Source: Eubacteriales bacterium
GTDB taxonomy: Bacteria > Bacillota > Clostridia > Oscillospirales > CAG-272
DNA length: 64,000 bases
Reading direction: 5' to 3'
Assembly: GCA_045580165.1 (NCBI GenBank)
Contig: JAZNNG010000046.1
Coordinates: 831-64,830 of the forward strand
In this document: piece after piece, positions 48,110 to 58,414 of the stretch
Layout: the number at the start of each line of letters is the position of its first letter
How positions within the stretch are numbered: position 1 is the first letter of the stretch
Notes under the pieces: model-generated
The model's input: only the letters and a program-made list of their open reading frames with translations
The model's database searches: none
What the model was told of the DNA's origin: nothing
Translations under genes and position numbers: made by a program

Positions 48110-48796
48110 ATGATAAAAAATCTTTTATTCGACCTTGACGACACTCTGTTTGATTTTCACGCATCCGAAAAGGAGTCCTTAAAGGACACCCTTTTACATT
48201 TCGGTATTGAGCCGACTGATGAAACAGTGGCGCTATATAGCGAGGTCAACCGCGGACAGTGGAAGCTTATGGAGCAGGGAAAGACGACTAAGCCGAAGCT
48301 CAAGATCGACCGTTACCGCATCTTCTTTGAGAAGATAGGTGCAAATATTGAGGCGTCGCTTGCGGCGGATTTCTACGAAAACAGACTGAGCAAAAGCGCT
48401 ATACTTGTTGACGGAGCCGCAGAGCTTCTTGATGAGCTCCGAGGAAAATACCGCCTCTATCTTATCACAAACGGCTTTTCAGTGATACAGAGGGGAAGAA
48501 TTGCCGCGTCGGGTATAGGCGGATATTTCGACGGCATTTTCGTGTCGGAGGAAATGGGGGCCGATAAGCCGACAAAAGCTTACTTTGACAAATGCTTTGA
48601 GGAAATTGACGGATTTGAAAAATCGGAGTCGCTTATCATCGGCGACAGTCTGACCTCGGACATCAAGGGTGGAATTGCGGCAGGCGTCAGGACGGTGTGG
48701 TACAATCCGAAGGGAGCGTCCGCGGCGGATATAGTGCCCGATTATGAAATACGAACCCTCGCGGAGCTCACCGATTTGCTTGAAGGTATCAATTAA
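48110..48796 (+). CDS. YjjG-like HAD nucleotidase
   Basis: FDLDDTL, ITNG, KP, IGDSLTSDI. Confidence 0.9.
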   Translation: MIKNLLFDLDDTLFDFHASEKESLKDTLLHFGIEPTDETVALYSEVNRGQWKLMEQGKTTKPKLKIDRYRIFFEKIGANIEASLAADFYENRLSKSAILVDGAAELLDELRGKYRLYLITNGFSVIQRGRIAASGIGGYFDGIFVSEEMGADKPTKAYFDKCFEEIDGFEKSESLIIGDSLTSDIKGGIAAGVRTVWYNPKGASAADIVPDYEIRTLAELTDLLEGIN

Positions 48797-48807
48797 CGGA
48801 GATTGTT

Positions 48808-49803
48808 ATGAAAATATGCGTTCTCGGAACGGGAAGCTGGGGAACGGCTCTCGCTCAGGTGCTTGCCGACAACGGCAACAAGATAGTGATGTACGGCGTT
48901 GACGTAGCCGAGATAAATGATATAAACAACGGCAAAAATACCAAATATTTTGACGGTATCAGCCTGCCCGACGCCATCACGGCGACGGGCGATATAAAAA
49001 CTGCGCTCGACGGCGTGGAGATGGTGCTTGTTGCTGTTCCCACACGCTTTGTGGCAGACGTGCTTGAGAGTGCAAGGCCGCACCTTTCGCGCGGTGTGAG
49101 GGTGGTAAACGTCAGTAAGGGCTTTGACCCCAATACCAACAACCGTATGACCGACACGGTACGCCGCGTACTCGGGAATTCGCTCGATACCCCCGTTGTG
49201 TCGGTGATAGGACCCAGTCACGCGGAGGAGGTGATCCGCCGCGAGCTTACCTCGGTATGCGCGGTGTCGACCGACGAAGCGGCGGCGAGATTCGTGCAGG
49301 AGACCTTTTCAAACTCGTATCTCAGGCTTTACGTTAACACCGACGAGGTGGGCGCGGAATATTCGTCCGCGATGAAGAACGTGATAGCCATAGCCTCGGG
49401 AATTTTGGTGGGTCTCGGTTATGGGGACAACGCCAAAGCGGCGCTTGTTACGCGCGGACTCGCCGAGATGATGCGCTACGCCTTGGCAAAGGGTGCAAGA
49501 CCCGAAACTCTGACGGGACTTACGGGTGTCGGTGACCTTGTCGTGACCTGCTTCAGTATTCATTCGAGAAACTATCAGGCAGGCTATAAAATAGGACTTG
49601 ATGACAGCGTCGAGGAGTTCTATAAGAACAACACCAAGACCGTCGAGGGAATATATTCCTGCAAGGTGGTCTACGAGGACCTCGAAAGCTATGATTTTGA
49701 AATGCCCATCATAACAGAGCTTTATAAGATCCTTTTTGAAAACAAAAAGCCCTCCGTTGCGCTTTCCGACCTTATGGGAAGGCCTCTCAAAATCGAACAA
49801 TAA
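48808..49803 (+). CDS. gpsA: NAD(P)H-dependent glycerol-3-phosphate dehydrogenase
   Basis: GTGSWGTALA, SKG, GPSHAEE, KNVIAIA, GDL..TC.S.HSRN. Confidence 0.96.
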   Translation: MKICVLGTGSWGTALAQVLADNGNKIVMYGVDVAEINDINNGKNTKYFDGISLPDAITATGDIKTALDGVEMVLVAVPTRFVADVLESARPHLSRGVRVVNVSKGFDPNTNNRMTDTVRRVLGNSLDTPVVSVIGPSHAEEVIRRELTSVCAVSTDEAAARFVQETFSNSYLRLYVNTDEVGAEYSSAMKNVIAIASGILVGLGYGDNAKAALVTRGLAEMMRYALAKGARPETLTGLTGVGDLVVTCFSIHSRNYQAGYKIGLDDSVEEFYKNNTKTVEGIYSCKVVYEDLESYDFEMPIITELYKILFENKKPSVALSDLMGRPLKIEQ

Positions 49804-49819
49804 AAATTTCCGAACACCA

Positions 49820-49850
49820 AAAGGACCTTCCGTCACCGGAAGGTCCTTTT
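49820..49850. terminator. bidirectional terminator
   Basis: aaaggaccttcc-gtcacc-ggaaggtcctttt. Confidence 0.8.
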
Positions 49851-49860
49851 AATCAGCGAT

Positions 49861-50448
49861 TTACTTGTTTTTCTTTGCAATATCAAGAATTCTTATCGTT
49901 ACGGGGCACAATACTATGCTCAAACCAACCTCGAATAAGAAATTACCCATTGCAAAAGCTACAAACAGGGGGAAACCGGAAATAGTAAAGCCTGCTGCTT
50001 CGGCGATAGCGTCAGCATACGGCATAAAGAACAAATAGCATCCGAGTAAGAACACGCCCGTGTTTACGAGGGGACACACGAGAGAGGATACGATTACAGA
50101 AACTATTTCATTGAACTTCTTAAGCAGCACGTTGACTAAACCTGCCGCAAGACCGCACAGCATTCCCTTGGCGAGAACGGTTATTAAAGTTCCGGGTATG
50201 CTGAATGCCAGAAAGAGATTAGCACCGCCCGTAACGAGCACGATGAATGCGAACACCAAGCCGAGCCACGCACCTACTGCAGGACCGCACATTACAGCAC
50301 CGAGCACTATCGGTATCAGTCCTACTGCTGTAGAGAATGGGCCGAAAAAGGTGGTATATGTAGCGAGGCATTGAAATACAGCTACGAGAGCCGTAAAGAT
50401 AGCCGCGAGTACGAGCTTGCGGGTGTTATTTGTTTTTGACGTGTTCAT
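49861..50448 (-). CDS. ECF transporter S component
   Basis: 6 TM; IPIVLGA..GP..GAWLG and NTGVF patterns. Confidence 0.8.
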   Translation of the reverse strand: MNTSKTNNTRKLVLAAIFTALVAVFQCLATYTTFFGPFSTAVGLIPIVLGAVMCGPAVGAWLGLVFAFIVLVTGGANLFLAFSIPGTLITVLAKGMLCGLAAGLVNVLLKKFNEIVSVIVSSLVCPLVNTGVFLLGCYLFFMPYADAIAEAAGFTISGFPLFVAFAMGNFLFEVGLSIVLCPVTIRILDIAKKNK

Positions 50449-50648
50449 TGATGATCTTCCTTTCCGAATCGAAACTGAACAATTAAATCTTTACGCGCGA
50501 ATTATATCAAAAAATGCGTCATTTGTCAAGTATAAAGCTTTACGTTCTTGACATACGGGGCAGGGTGTGTTATAATAACTGTTAAAAGTGAAAGTATATT
50601 ATATAAGACTTTTAACTGTAACTATCCCGAAAGGAAAGGTTTTTTATA

Positions 50649-52694
50649 ATGCATTGGTCAGAAGAAATTGCACAAAGAATAATTGAGCGCAATCCCGACA
50701 AGGAGGAGTACGTATGCGCCGCAGGCGTAAGCCCATCGGGCTCTGTACACATCGGTAACTTTCGTGACTTCGCTACTCCTCTGTTCGTAGTAAAGGCGCT
50801 TCAGAAGAAGGGTAAGAAGGCAAGACTTCTCGTTTCGTGGGATGAATACGACCGTTGCCGCAAGATCCCTGCAAACGTACAGGCGGTCGTCGGCAGCGAC
50901 TATGACAAGTACATCGGTTGCCCCTACGTTGATATCCCCGACCCGTGGGGATGCCACGAGAACTACGCAAAGCACTTTGAGGAGGAATTCTTAAAGGGCA
51001 TTGCGCCGTTCGGAATGGAGCTTGACTGCCGTTATCAGGCGGAAATGTACCGTTCCGGCAAATATACGAAGGACATTATCGAGTCGCTCAAGAAGCGCGG
51101 CGAGATATTTGAAATTCTCGACTCCTTCAAAACGAAGGATACAAGCAAGAGCGCGGAGGAGCTTAAGGCAGAGCACGACGCGGAAAAGGCGGCGTACTAT
51201 CCCGTAAGCATTTTCTGCCCCGAATGTAAGACTGACTTCACAACCATAACCTCGCTTTCGGATGACTGCACGGAGGCAGATTACACCTGCCGTTGCGGAC
51301 ACAAGGGTCATTTCAATTTCCTCGAAAACTTCAACTGTAAGCTCGGTTGGAAGATAGACTGGCCGATGCGTTGGAGATATGAGGGCGTTGACTTTGAGCC
51401 GGGTGGAAAGGACCACGCAGCACCCACAGGCTCGTACAATAACTCCAAGGTAATATCCAAGGAGATATTCGACTTTGAAGCCCCCATTTTCCAGGGCTAC
51501 GAGTTTATCGGTATCAAGGGTATGACGGGTAAGATGTCAAGCTCGTCGGGTCTTAACCTCACTCCCGAAACACTCCTTAAGCTCTATCAGCCCGAGGTGC
51601 TTCTCTGGCTCTATTCGAGAACAGACCCCACAAAGGCGTTTGATATCTGCTTTGATGACGGAATTCTCAGACAGTACTTTGAGTTTGACAAAATGCTCAC
51701 CGACTGCCGTGAGGGTACTGCAAACGAGCTTGCACAGGAAATTATGTATAACTGCAAGGTTGAGGGCAGAGATATTTCGACAGTTCCCATGGCGCTTCTC
51801 GTACAGCTTGGCTCAGTTGTAAACTTCAACGTTCCCATGCTTGAGACCGTGTTTGAAAAGATAGGAATGAACTACAAGGAGACCGACTTTGCCGACAGAC
51901 TTGAGAGAGCAAAGTTCTGGCTTGAGCAGTGTGCTCCCGACCAGGTAAACCGTCTGCGTACGACACGTAACTTTGAGGTATACGATGCTCTCGACGATAA
52001 CGAAAAGAAGGCGATCGAGCTTCTTCATAGCTATATAGCAAAGGGCGGCTACACGCTCGACGAGCTCAACAGTGAGCTTTACGCTATTCCGAAGCAGGTA
52101 TACGGCACGGAAATGACCGACAAGGAGCTCAAGGGTATCCAGGGTGCTTTCTTCCGTACGGTTTATAAGCTTCTCATAGACAAGGAAAAGGGACCGAGAC
52201 TCTATCTCTTCCTCTTTGCGATCGAGCCCGAAAAGTATGTCGGACTTCTTGACTTCTCATATCCTCAGACCGAGGAAGAAAAGCTTGCTGACGCGGCTTG
52301 TGAGGAATGCGCAGAGGTTGTTGAAGAGGAAGCGAACCGTGAGCCCGACCCCGTTGAGCCGATTAAGGAGCAGGTCACTATCGACGACTTTGATAAGCTT
52401 GACTTCAGAGTATGTAAGGTGCTCAAGGCTGAGGGCGTGCGTAAGTCGCATTCCTGCCTCAAGCTCACCCTCTTTGACGGTATTGGCGAGCGTGTGATCA
52501 TGTCCTCTATCAAGGAGGAATACTCACCCGAGCAGCTTATCGGACGTAAGATAATAGTAATTGCTAACCTCAAGCCCAACCGTATCTGCAACGTAAACTC
52601 TCAGGGAATGCTTCTCGCGGCGACGAACAACGCCTGCGGATGCAAGATAATTTTCGTTGACGACAGCGTACCCGAGGGAACGGCTATCCACTGA
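50649..52694 (+). CDS. lysS: class I lysine--tRNA ligase with C-terminal tRNA-binding OB domain
   Basis: GVSPSGSVHIGNFRD, WKIDWPMRW, EPGGKDH, KMSSS; C-terminal IDDFDKLDFRV...IANLKP...SQGMLLAA. Confidence 0.93.
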   Translation: MHWSEEIAQRIIERNPDKEEYVCAAGVSPSGSVHIGNFRDFATPLFVVKALQKKGKKARLLVSWDEYDRCRKIPANVQAVVGSDYDKYIGCPYVDIPDPWGCHENYAKHFEEEFLKGIAPFGMELDCRYQAEMYRSGKYTKDIIESLKKRGEIFEILDSFKTKDTSKSAEELKAEHDAEKAAYYPVSIFCPECKTDFTTITSLSDDCTEADYTCRCGHKGHFNFLENFNCKLGWKIDWPMRWRYEGVDFEPGGKDHAAPTGSYNNSKVISKEIFDFEAPIFQGYEFIGIKGMTGKMSSSSGLNLTPETLLKLYQPEVLLWLYSRTDPTKAFDICFDDGILRQYFEFDKMLTDCREGTANELAQEIMYNCKVEGRDISTVPMALLVQLGSVVNFNVPMLETVFEKIGMNYKETDFADRLERAKFWLEQCAPDQVNRLRTTRNFEVYDALDDNEKKAIELLHSYIAKGGYTLDELNSELYAIPKQVYGTEMTDKELKGIQGAFFRTVYKLLIDKEKGPRLYLFLFAIEPEKYVGLLDFSYPQTEEEKLADAACEECAEVVEEEANREPDPVEPIKEQVTIDDFDKLDFRVCKVLKAEGVRKSHSCLKLTLFDGIGERVIMSSIKEEYSPEQLIGRKIIVIANLKPNRICNVNSQGMLLAATNNACGCKIIFVDDSVPEGTAIH

Positions 52695-52707
52695 TTTAAT
52701 AACGCAA

Positions 52708-52739
52708 AGATCCCGAGCAGCTTCGCTCGGGATTTTTTT
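52708..52739 (+). terminator. intrinsic terminator
   Basis: atcccgagc-agcttc-gctcgggattttttt. Confidence 0.85.
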
Positions 52740-52995
52740 ATGAATACATATCGTTGATAACATCTCGCAGATGACAAGGCTCAAGACCGCCTATCGAAAA
52801 CTCAAGCATAAGCGCGTCTATCTCCTGCAGACTTCCGCGGACCCCCTTGACGAACGAGCATTCGACAAGTCTTTTGCCCACGTACTTTTCAACCGATATA
52901 TTAAAGGTCTCGCCGATTCCCGTGGCGTGATATATGATCACCGAGTTACCTCGTTCTGCGCTAACGGCTCTCAGATTGTGAGTTTCATAAGTCAT
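52738..52995 (-). CDS. hypothetical protein
   Basis: 85 aa ORF ending LEPCHLRDVINDM, resembling small Clostridia proteins. Confidence 0.5.
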   Translation of the reverse strand: MTYETHNLRAVSAERGNSVIIYHATGIGETFNISVEKYVGKRLVECSFVKGVRGSLQEIDALMLEFSIGGLEPCHLRDVINDMYS

Positions 52996-53471
52996 AATTC
53001 AAAACCTATCGTCATAAACTGACGAATATCCTCTCTTGCTTACTGATATAATTTTATCACGTCAGAGGCGAGAGGTGTACCCCCTGCCGTTCGACAAACC
53101 GCACCTTGCTTGCAAAATAAGCGCAAATGTGCAATAGTATCTAAAAACAAGAATCATAACTTCACAAAATCGGGCTTTTTTGTACCTTTCAGGGGCCTTT
53201 TTGAATAGCAAAAGCAAAATTCACAAATTGTTCATACATATAATGTGACCAAACTGTAAACAACGCCTCAAAAGCCTTGATTTTCCGCCAAAGTTATACA
53301 CACTGTGTGCAAAACTCGATAAAGCAAAAGTTTTCCACAACGCAGGATTTACGCCTTTACCCTATGCTTTTGTTGACAGTCACTATTGCAATTAATAATA
53401 TTAAGTGATATAATATAAATTAACGTGTTAAAAGAACGTGCAAATCTTAATGGGAAGGTGAAAAAACGAAA

Positions 53472-54134
53472 ATGGTGCCAAAAACACATCAGCTGTTTGA
53501 TCCTGCGAAAACTCTGGCAAGTGAGCTTATAGTATCGTCCGTTTATCCGTGGGATATGCTTGATAAGATAAGCGATTTTATTTTGAAGCTCGGCGAAAAG
53601 CTTGACCCTGAAAAATTTGATAAGATCGGCGATAACGTGTGGATAGCCAAAAGTGCCTCGGTCGCTCCGAGTGCATCTATCGGCGGACCGTGTATTATCG
53701 ACGAGAATGCCGAAATACGTCATTGCGCATACATACGCGGAAGCGCTCTTGTCGGTAAGGGCTCGATAGTCGGAAACTCGTGCGAGGTCAAAAACGCGAT
53801 AATCTTTGACAGTGTGCAGGTCCCTCACTTCAACTACGTCGGCGACTCGGTGCTCGGCTACAAATCGCACATGGGCGCAGGAAGTATTACCTCAAACGTA
53901 AAGAGCGACAAAACTCTCGTTGCGGTGAAGTCGGCAGACGAGGTGATTGAAACTGGCAGAAAAAAGTTCGGTGCGATGCTCGGTGACTACGTTGAGATCG
54001 GATGCAACAGCGTGCTTTGTCCGGGAACGGTAGTCGGAAGAAACTCCAACGTATATCCCCTGTCAAGAGTCAGGGGGGTAGTACCCGAAAACTCCATCTT
54101 CAAGGGTGAAGGTGTAATCTCTGAAAAAAGATGA
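53472..54134 (+). CDS. stand-alone left-handed beta-helix acetyltransferase (GlmU C-terminal-like)
   Basis: Hexapeptide repeats, PHFNYVGDS, GAGSITSN, TGRKKFGA; first gene of glm operon. Confidence 0.85.
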   Translation: MVPKTHQLFDPAKTLASELIVSSVYPWDMLDKISDFILKLGEKLDPEKFDKIGDNVWIAKSASVAPSASIGGPCIIDENAEIRHCAYIRGSALVGKGSIVGNSCEVKNAIIFDSVQVPHFNYVGDSVLGYKSHMGAGSITSNVKSDKTLVAVKSADEVIETGRKKFGAMLGDYVEIGCNSVLCPGTVVGRNSNVYPLSRVRGVVPENSIFKGEGVISEKR

Positions 54135-54153
54135 ATCAGAAAGGATTTTAAAA

Positions 54154-55509
54154 ATGGGCAGACTTTTTGGAACCGACGGCGTAAGAGGAGTTGCCAACGA
54201 GGCGCTTACCTGCGAGAGAGCTATGCAGATAGGCAGAGCAGCGGCAACCGTGCTTTCGGGCAATAAGCGTAACGCTCCGCGCGTGCTTATCGGAATGGAT
54301 ACAAGACTTTCCTCCGATATGCTTGCAAATGCTCTCGCGGCAGGACTTTGCTCTGTCGGCGCAGACGTTATTATTTTAGGCGTAGTTCCCACACCTGCAG
54401 TTGCGTACCTTGTAGGCAAATATAAGGCAAGCGCGGGAATTATGATCTCAGCATCCCACAACCCGTTTGAATTCAACGGAATCAAGATCTTCAATGAGGA
54501 CGGCTTCAAGCTTGCGGACGAAATTGAAGAAAGAATCGAGTCCATAGTTCTTGACGGTACTCCCGAGGTAAAGCTTGCGGACAGTCAGAGTATCGGAAAG
54601 GTTACTTACGCGACAAGCGCGGCAGACGATTATATCGCATACATAACCAGCGCTGCGATCTGCTCTCTCGAGGGACTTGAGATAGCGATAGACTGCGCTA
54701 ACGGCTCGTCGAGTGCTACCGCAAAAAAGCTCTTTGAGGAGCTCGGTGCAAGGGTACACGTGCTTTCCGACACTCCCGACGGCGTGAACATTAACGAAAA
54801 CTGCGGCTCGACACATCTTGAAAATCTGCAGAAATACGTTGTTGACAACAGGCTTGCTGCCGGCGTGGCGTTTGACGGAGATGCAGACAGATGTCTTTGC
54901 ATTGACGAAAACGGAAACGTTATCGACGGCGATATGGTAATGGCTATATGCGCTCTCGACCTCAAGGAGAGAGGAAAGCTCAAGCATAACACGGTAGTCG
55001 GAACCATAATGACGAATTTTGGCTTTACCAAGTTCTGCGAAAAGAACGACATCCGCTTTATCGCAACAAAGGTTGGCGACAGATACGTGCTCGAGGAGAT
55101 GCTTCTTGAAGGCTACGTTCTTGGCGGTGAGCAGTCGGGTCACGTTATTTTCCGCGACTATTCTACAACAGGTGACGGTCAGCTGACGGCTGTACAGCTT
55201 CTCACGCATCTCAAAAGAAGCGGAAAGACCTTGTCCGAGCTTGCGTCCGCGATGACGAGATATCCGCAGTATATGGTAAATATCAGAACGAGCGACGAAG
55301 GAAAGCTTGCTTTCTTTACCGACCACGAGATAAAGGAGCTTATAAAGGCTGCTGAAGAAGCTCTCGGCGAAACGGGAAGAATGGTGGTTCGTCCTTCGGG
55401 TACAGAGCCTCTTATCAGAATAATGACAGAGGGTGAGGACGGTGCGCTTGCTGAAAAGATAGCGCGCGAAACCGCAGAAGCAATTTCTGCAAAGCTTTCG
55501 GCTATCTGA
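54154..55509 (+). CDS. glmM: phosphoglucosamine mutase
   Basis: FGTDGVRG, ISASHNP, DGDADR, GEQSGH, RPSGTEP. Confidence 0.96.
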   Translation: MGRLFGTDGVRGVANEALTCERAMQIGRAAATVLSGNKRNAPRVLIGMDTRLSSDMLANALAAGLCSVGADVIILGVVPTPAVAYLVGKYKASAGIMISASHNPFEFNGIKIFNEDGFKLADEIEERIESIVLDGTPEVKLADSQSIGKVTYATSAADDYIAYITSAAICSLEGLEIAIDCANGSSSATAKKLFEELGARVHVLSDTPDGVNINENCGSTHLENLQKYVVDNRLAAGVAFDGDADRCLCIDENGNVIDGDMVMAICALDLKERGKLKHNTVVGTIMTNFGFTKFCEKNDIRFIATKVGDRYVLEEMLLEGYVLGGEQSGHVIFRDYSTTGDGQLTAVQLLTHLKRSGKTLSELASAMTRYPQYMVNIRTSDEGKLAFFTDHEIKELIKAAEEALGETGRMVVRPSGTEPLIRIMTEGEDGALAEKIARETAEAISAKLSAI

Positions 55510-55519
55510 CGATAGCGAA

Positions 55520-55655
55520 AGTAAGCGCCAGACCGCGAATGCGGTTAACGAGGTGGGGATTTATCGAATATTCGGCGGATTTTCCCCCGGCGGTACAGCC
55601 GTCGTGAGCCGTATTACAAATCATCGGGTGACCGAGAGACAAAAATTACGGCAAA
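55520..55655 (+). ncRNA. glmS ribozyme
   Basis: AGCGCC...ACGAGG...TTATCGAA...TCGGCGGA core, P4 region ACAAA...GTGAC...GACAAA, upstream of glmS. Confidence 0.9.
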
Positions 55656-55760
55656 ATAAAAACGTTCATTAACAAAAAATATTAACGTGTGAGACGGGCG
55701 ATTTGGGCCCGTGCCGCCTTGCCGACAGGCAGGACGGATACTCACAGATTGGAGAAATAT

Positions 55761-57581
55761 ATGTGTGGAATTATAGGATATACGGGCAAGGAGGCTAACT
55801 CCCTTGAGGTTCTTATCGATGGCCTTACCGCGCTCGAATACAGAGGCTACGACTCTGCAGGAGTTGCCGCATTTGACAAGGATGGAAAACTCAAGGTAGT
55901 AAAAAGCGTCGGCAGAGTTGCCGCAGTAAAGGAAAAAACGGATAATTTCGGAGACTCGTTCTGCGGAATAGGACACACCCGTTGGGCAACCCACGGAGTG
56001 CCGTCCGATATAAACTCTCACCCCCACGGCACAGAGCGTGTCCAGATAGTACATAACGGTATCATCGAAAACTACGCAGGACTCAAGGCTGAGCTTATCT
56101 CGCTCGGCTACACATTCGTGTCGGAAACCGATACTGAGATCGCCGCAAAGCTTATCGATTACTATTATTCAAAGTGCCGGAACAGACTTGAGGCAATAAT
56201 TACTGCAACGAAAAGACTTGAGGGCTCTTATGCTCTCGGCGTGCTTTTTGCGGATAAGCCCGACACCCTTTACGCCGCGAGAAAGGACTCTCCCCTTATA
56301 ATAGGAATAGGAGAGGGAGCTAACTACATAGCATCCGACGTTACAGCGGTTTTACGCAGAACACGCGATTACTATCAGCTTGACGATTTCGACGTAGCGG
56401 AGATAACCTCCGACGGTGTTGCAATATATAACGGCGGCAAGCAGGTCGAGCGCAAAAGGCTTACTGCAAGCTGGGACTTTGAAGCGGCGGAAAAGGGCGG
56501 ATTTGACCACTTTATGCTCAAGGAGATACACGAGGAGCCTGAGGCTATGATAAAGACTCTCCGTCCGAGAATAAAGGATATGCTTCCCGACTTTTCGGAA
56601 GAAAAGCTTGACGAGAATATGCTTCGCCGTGTGTCAAGGCTTCATATAGTTGCTTGCGGTACGGCTATGCACGCGGGACTTATCGGTAAACATATGCTTG
56701 AAAAGCTTGCTCGTATCCCCGTAGATGTTGACATTGCGTCGGAATTCAGATATAATGAACCTATAATCGACGAAAACGACCTCGTTATCATCGTGTCGCA
56801 GTCGGGAGAAACGGCAGACTCACTCGCCGCGCTTAGACTTGCAAAGCAAAAGGGCGCAGCTACTCTCGGTATCGTAAACGTAATAGGCTCGTCAATTGCA
56901 AGAGAGGCAGATAACGTGCTCTACACTTGGGCAGGTCCCGAAATTGCGGTTGCAAGCACGAAGGCGTATAACGTGCAGACGGCGCTGCTCTGCCTCTTTG
57001 CAGTAAAATGCGCACTCATCAGAGGAAAGATAGACGAAGCTCAGGCAAGAGATTATACACGTGAGCTTTTCGAGGAAGCACCTCGCGCAGTTGCGGACGT
57101 GATTGCGATAAAGGATGAGGCTCAAAAGCTTTCGGCTGACTTCAAGGGCGCTTCAAACCTCTTCTTCATAGGACGCGGAATTGACTATCCGCTTTCCTGC
57201 GAGGGCTCACTCAAGCTTAAGGAAATATCGTACATACACAGTGAGGCGTATGCCGCCGGAGAGCTTAAGCACGGTACTATCTCTCTTATTGAGGAGGGAA
57301 CTCCCGTTATCGCGCTTGCTACCTCGGCTGCAATGTTTGACAAGATGGTAAGCAACATAAGAGAGGTTAAGGCGAGAGGTGCGAACGTGCTTATGATAAG
57401 CTCTGTCGAGGGTGAAAGCCCTGCGGCAGACAAGACGGTGAAGCTTCCTGCAGTTCCCGAATGGTTAAGCTTTTTCCCTGCGGTGACTATGCTTCAGCTT
57501 ATCGCTTATTATACGAGCGCTCTCAGAGGTTGTGACGTTGATAAGCCGCGTAACCTTGCAAAATCGGTTACGGTAGAATAA
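55761..57581 (+). CDS. glmS: glutamine--fructose-6-phosphate transaminase
   Basis: MCGIIG, LEYRGYDSAG, GHTRWATHG, SQSGET, ELKHG, PRNLAKSVTVE. Confidence 0.98.
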   Translation: MCGIIGYTGKEANSLEVLIDGLTALEYRGYDSAGVAAFDKDGKLKVVKSVGRVAAVKEKTDNFGDSFCGIGHTRWATHGVPSDINSHPHGTERVQIVHNGIIENYAGLKAELISLGYTFVSETDTEIAAKLIDYYYSKCRNRLEAIITATKRLEGSYALGVLFADKPDTLYAARKDSPLIIGIGEGANYIASDVTAVLRRTRDYYQLDDFDVAEITSDGVAIYNGGKQVERKRLTASWDFEAAEKGGFDHFMLKEIHEEPEAMIKTLRPRIKDMLPDFSEEKLDENMLRRVSRLHIVACGTAMHAGLIGKHMLEKLARIPVDVDIASEFRYNEPIIDENDLVIIVSQSGETADSLAALRLAKQKGAATLGIVNVIGSSIAREADNVLYTWAGPEIAVASTKAYNVQTALLCLFAVKCALIRGKIDEAQARDYTRELFEEAPRAVADVIAIKDEAQKLSADFKGASNLFFIGRGIDYPLSCEGSLKLKEISYIHSEAYAAGELKHGTISLIEEGTPVIALATSAAMFDKMVSNIREVKARGANVLMISSVEGESPAADKTVKLPAVPEWLSFFPAVTMLQLIAYYTSALRGCDVDKPRNLAKSVTVE

Positions 57582-57596
57582 AAAGGAGATATAAAA

Positions 57597-58412
57597 ATGT
57601 CAGAAACGTTAAATGCATTTTTAACCATGCTTATCGAATTTTTTACGTCGTTCGGACTTAAGCTTCTTGCCGCAATAGTAGTTTTTGTGGTGGGAATCAA
57701 GCTTGCGGGCTTCTTTGTAAAGAAGCTCGGCAAGAGCAAGGGCTTCCAGAGGCTTGACGATAGTGTTGAGCACTTTGTTCTTAGCGCACTCAGAATCCTT
57801 CTCTACGTAGTGGTAGTTATTACCGCTGCAGGAATTATAGGTGTTCCCGCGACCTCGTTTATAACCGTGCTTGCATCGGCAGGCGTTGCGATAGGTCTTG
57901 CTTTGCAGGGCTCGCTTGCAAACATTGCCGGCAGTATTATGATACTGTTCTTCCGTCCCTTCAAGATTGGCGATTTTATTGAAGGAAACGGAGTTTTGGG
58001 AACGGTAGAGGATATAAATCTTTTCTACACCATTATTAAAACGGGCGACAACAAGACCATAACCTGCCCGAACGGTGCGCTTTCAAACGGAAACATTACG
58101 AACTATTCGACCAAGGATACTCGCCGCGTTGACCTTACCTTCTCGGTGTCGTACGATTCGGATATCGACAGAGTAAAGGCGATCATTATGGCGATCATCG
58201 AATCCGAGGATTGTGTACTTAAGGACCCTGCACCCTTCGTTGCGCTCAGCGCTCATAACGAGAGCTCGATAGACTTCGTTGCAAGAGCTTGGTGCAAGAG
58301 TGGTGATTATTGGACGCTTCACTTCAATCTTCTTGAAAAGACCAAGAAGGCGTTTGACGTAGCAGGAATAGAAATACCTTTCCCGCAGATGGACGTTCAC
58401 GTAAAGAAATAA
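57597..58412 (+). CDS. mscS: small-conductance mechanosensitive channel
   Basis: AIGLALQGSLAN, RPFKIGD, IEIPFPQ. Confidence 0.92.
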   Translation: MSETLNAFLTMLIEFFTSFGLKLLAAIVVFVVGIKLAGFFVKKLGKSKGFQRLDDSVEHFVLSALRILLYVVVVITAAGIIGVPATSFITVLASAGVAIGLALQGSLANIAGSIMILFFRPFKIGDFIEGNGVLGTVEDINLFYTIIKTGDNKTITCPNGALSNGNITNYSTKDTRRVDLTFSVSYDSDIDRVKAIIMAIIESEDCVLKDPAPFVALSAHNESSIDFVARAWCKSGDYWTLHFNLLEKTKKAFDVAGIEIPFPQMDVHVKK

Positions 58413-58414
58413 AA

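Noticed and set aside
53140-53460. Replication origin oriC
   Set aside because: Only one perfect DnaA box, and no dnaA/dnaN/rpmH context
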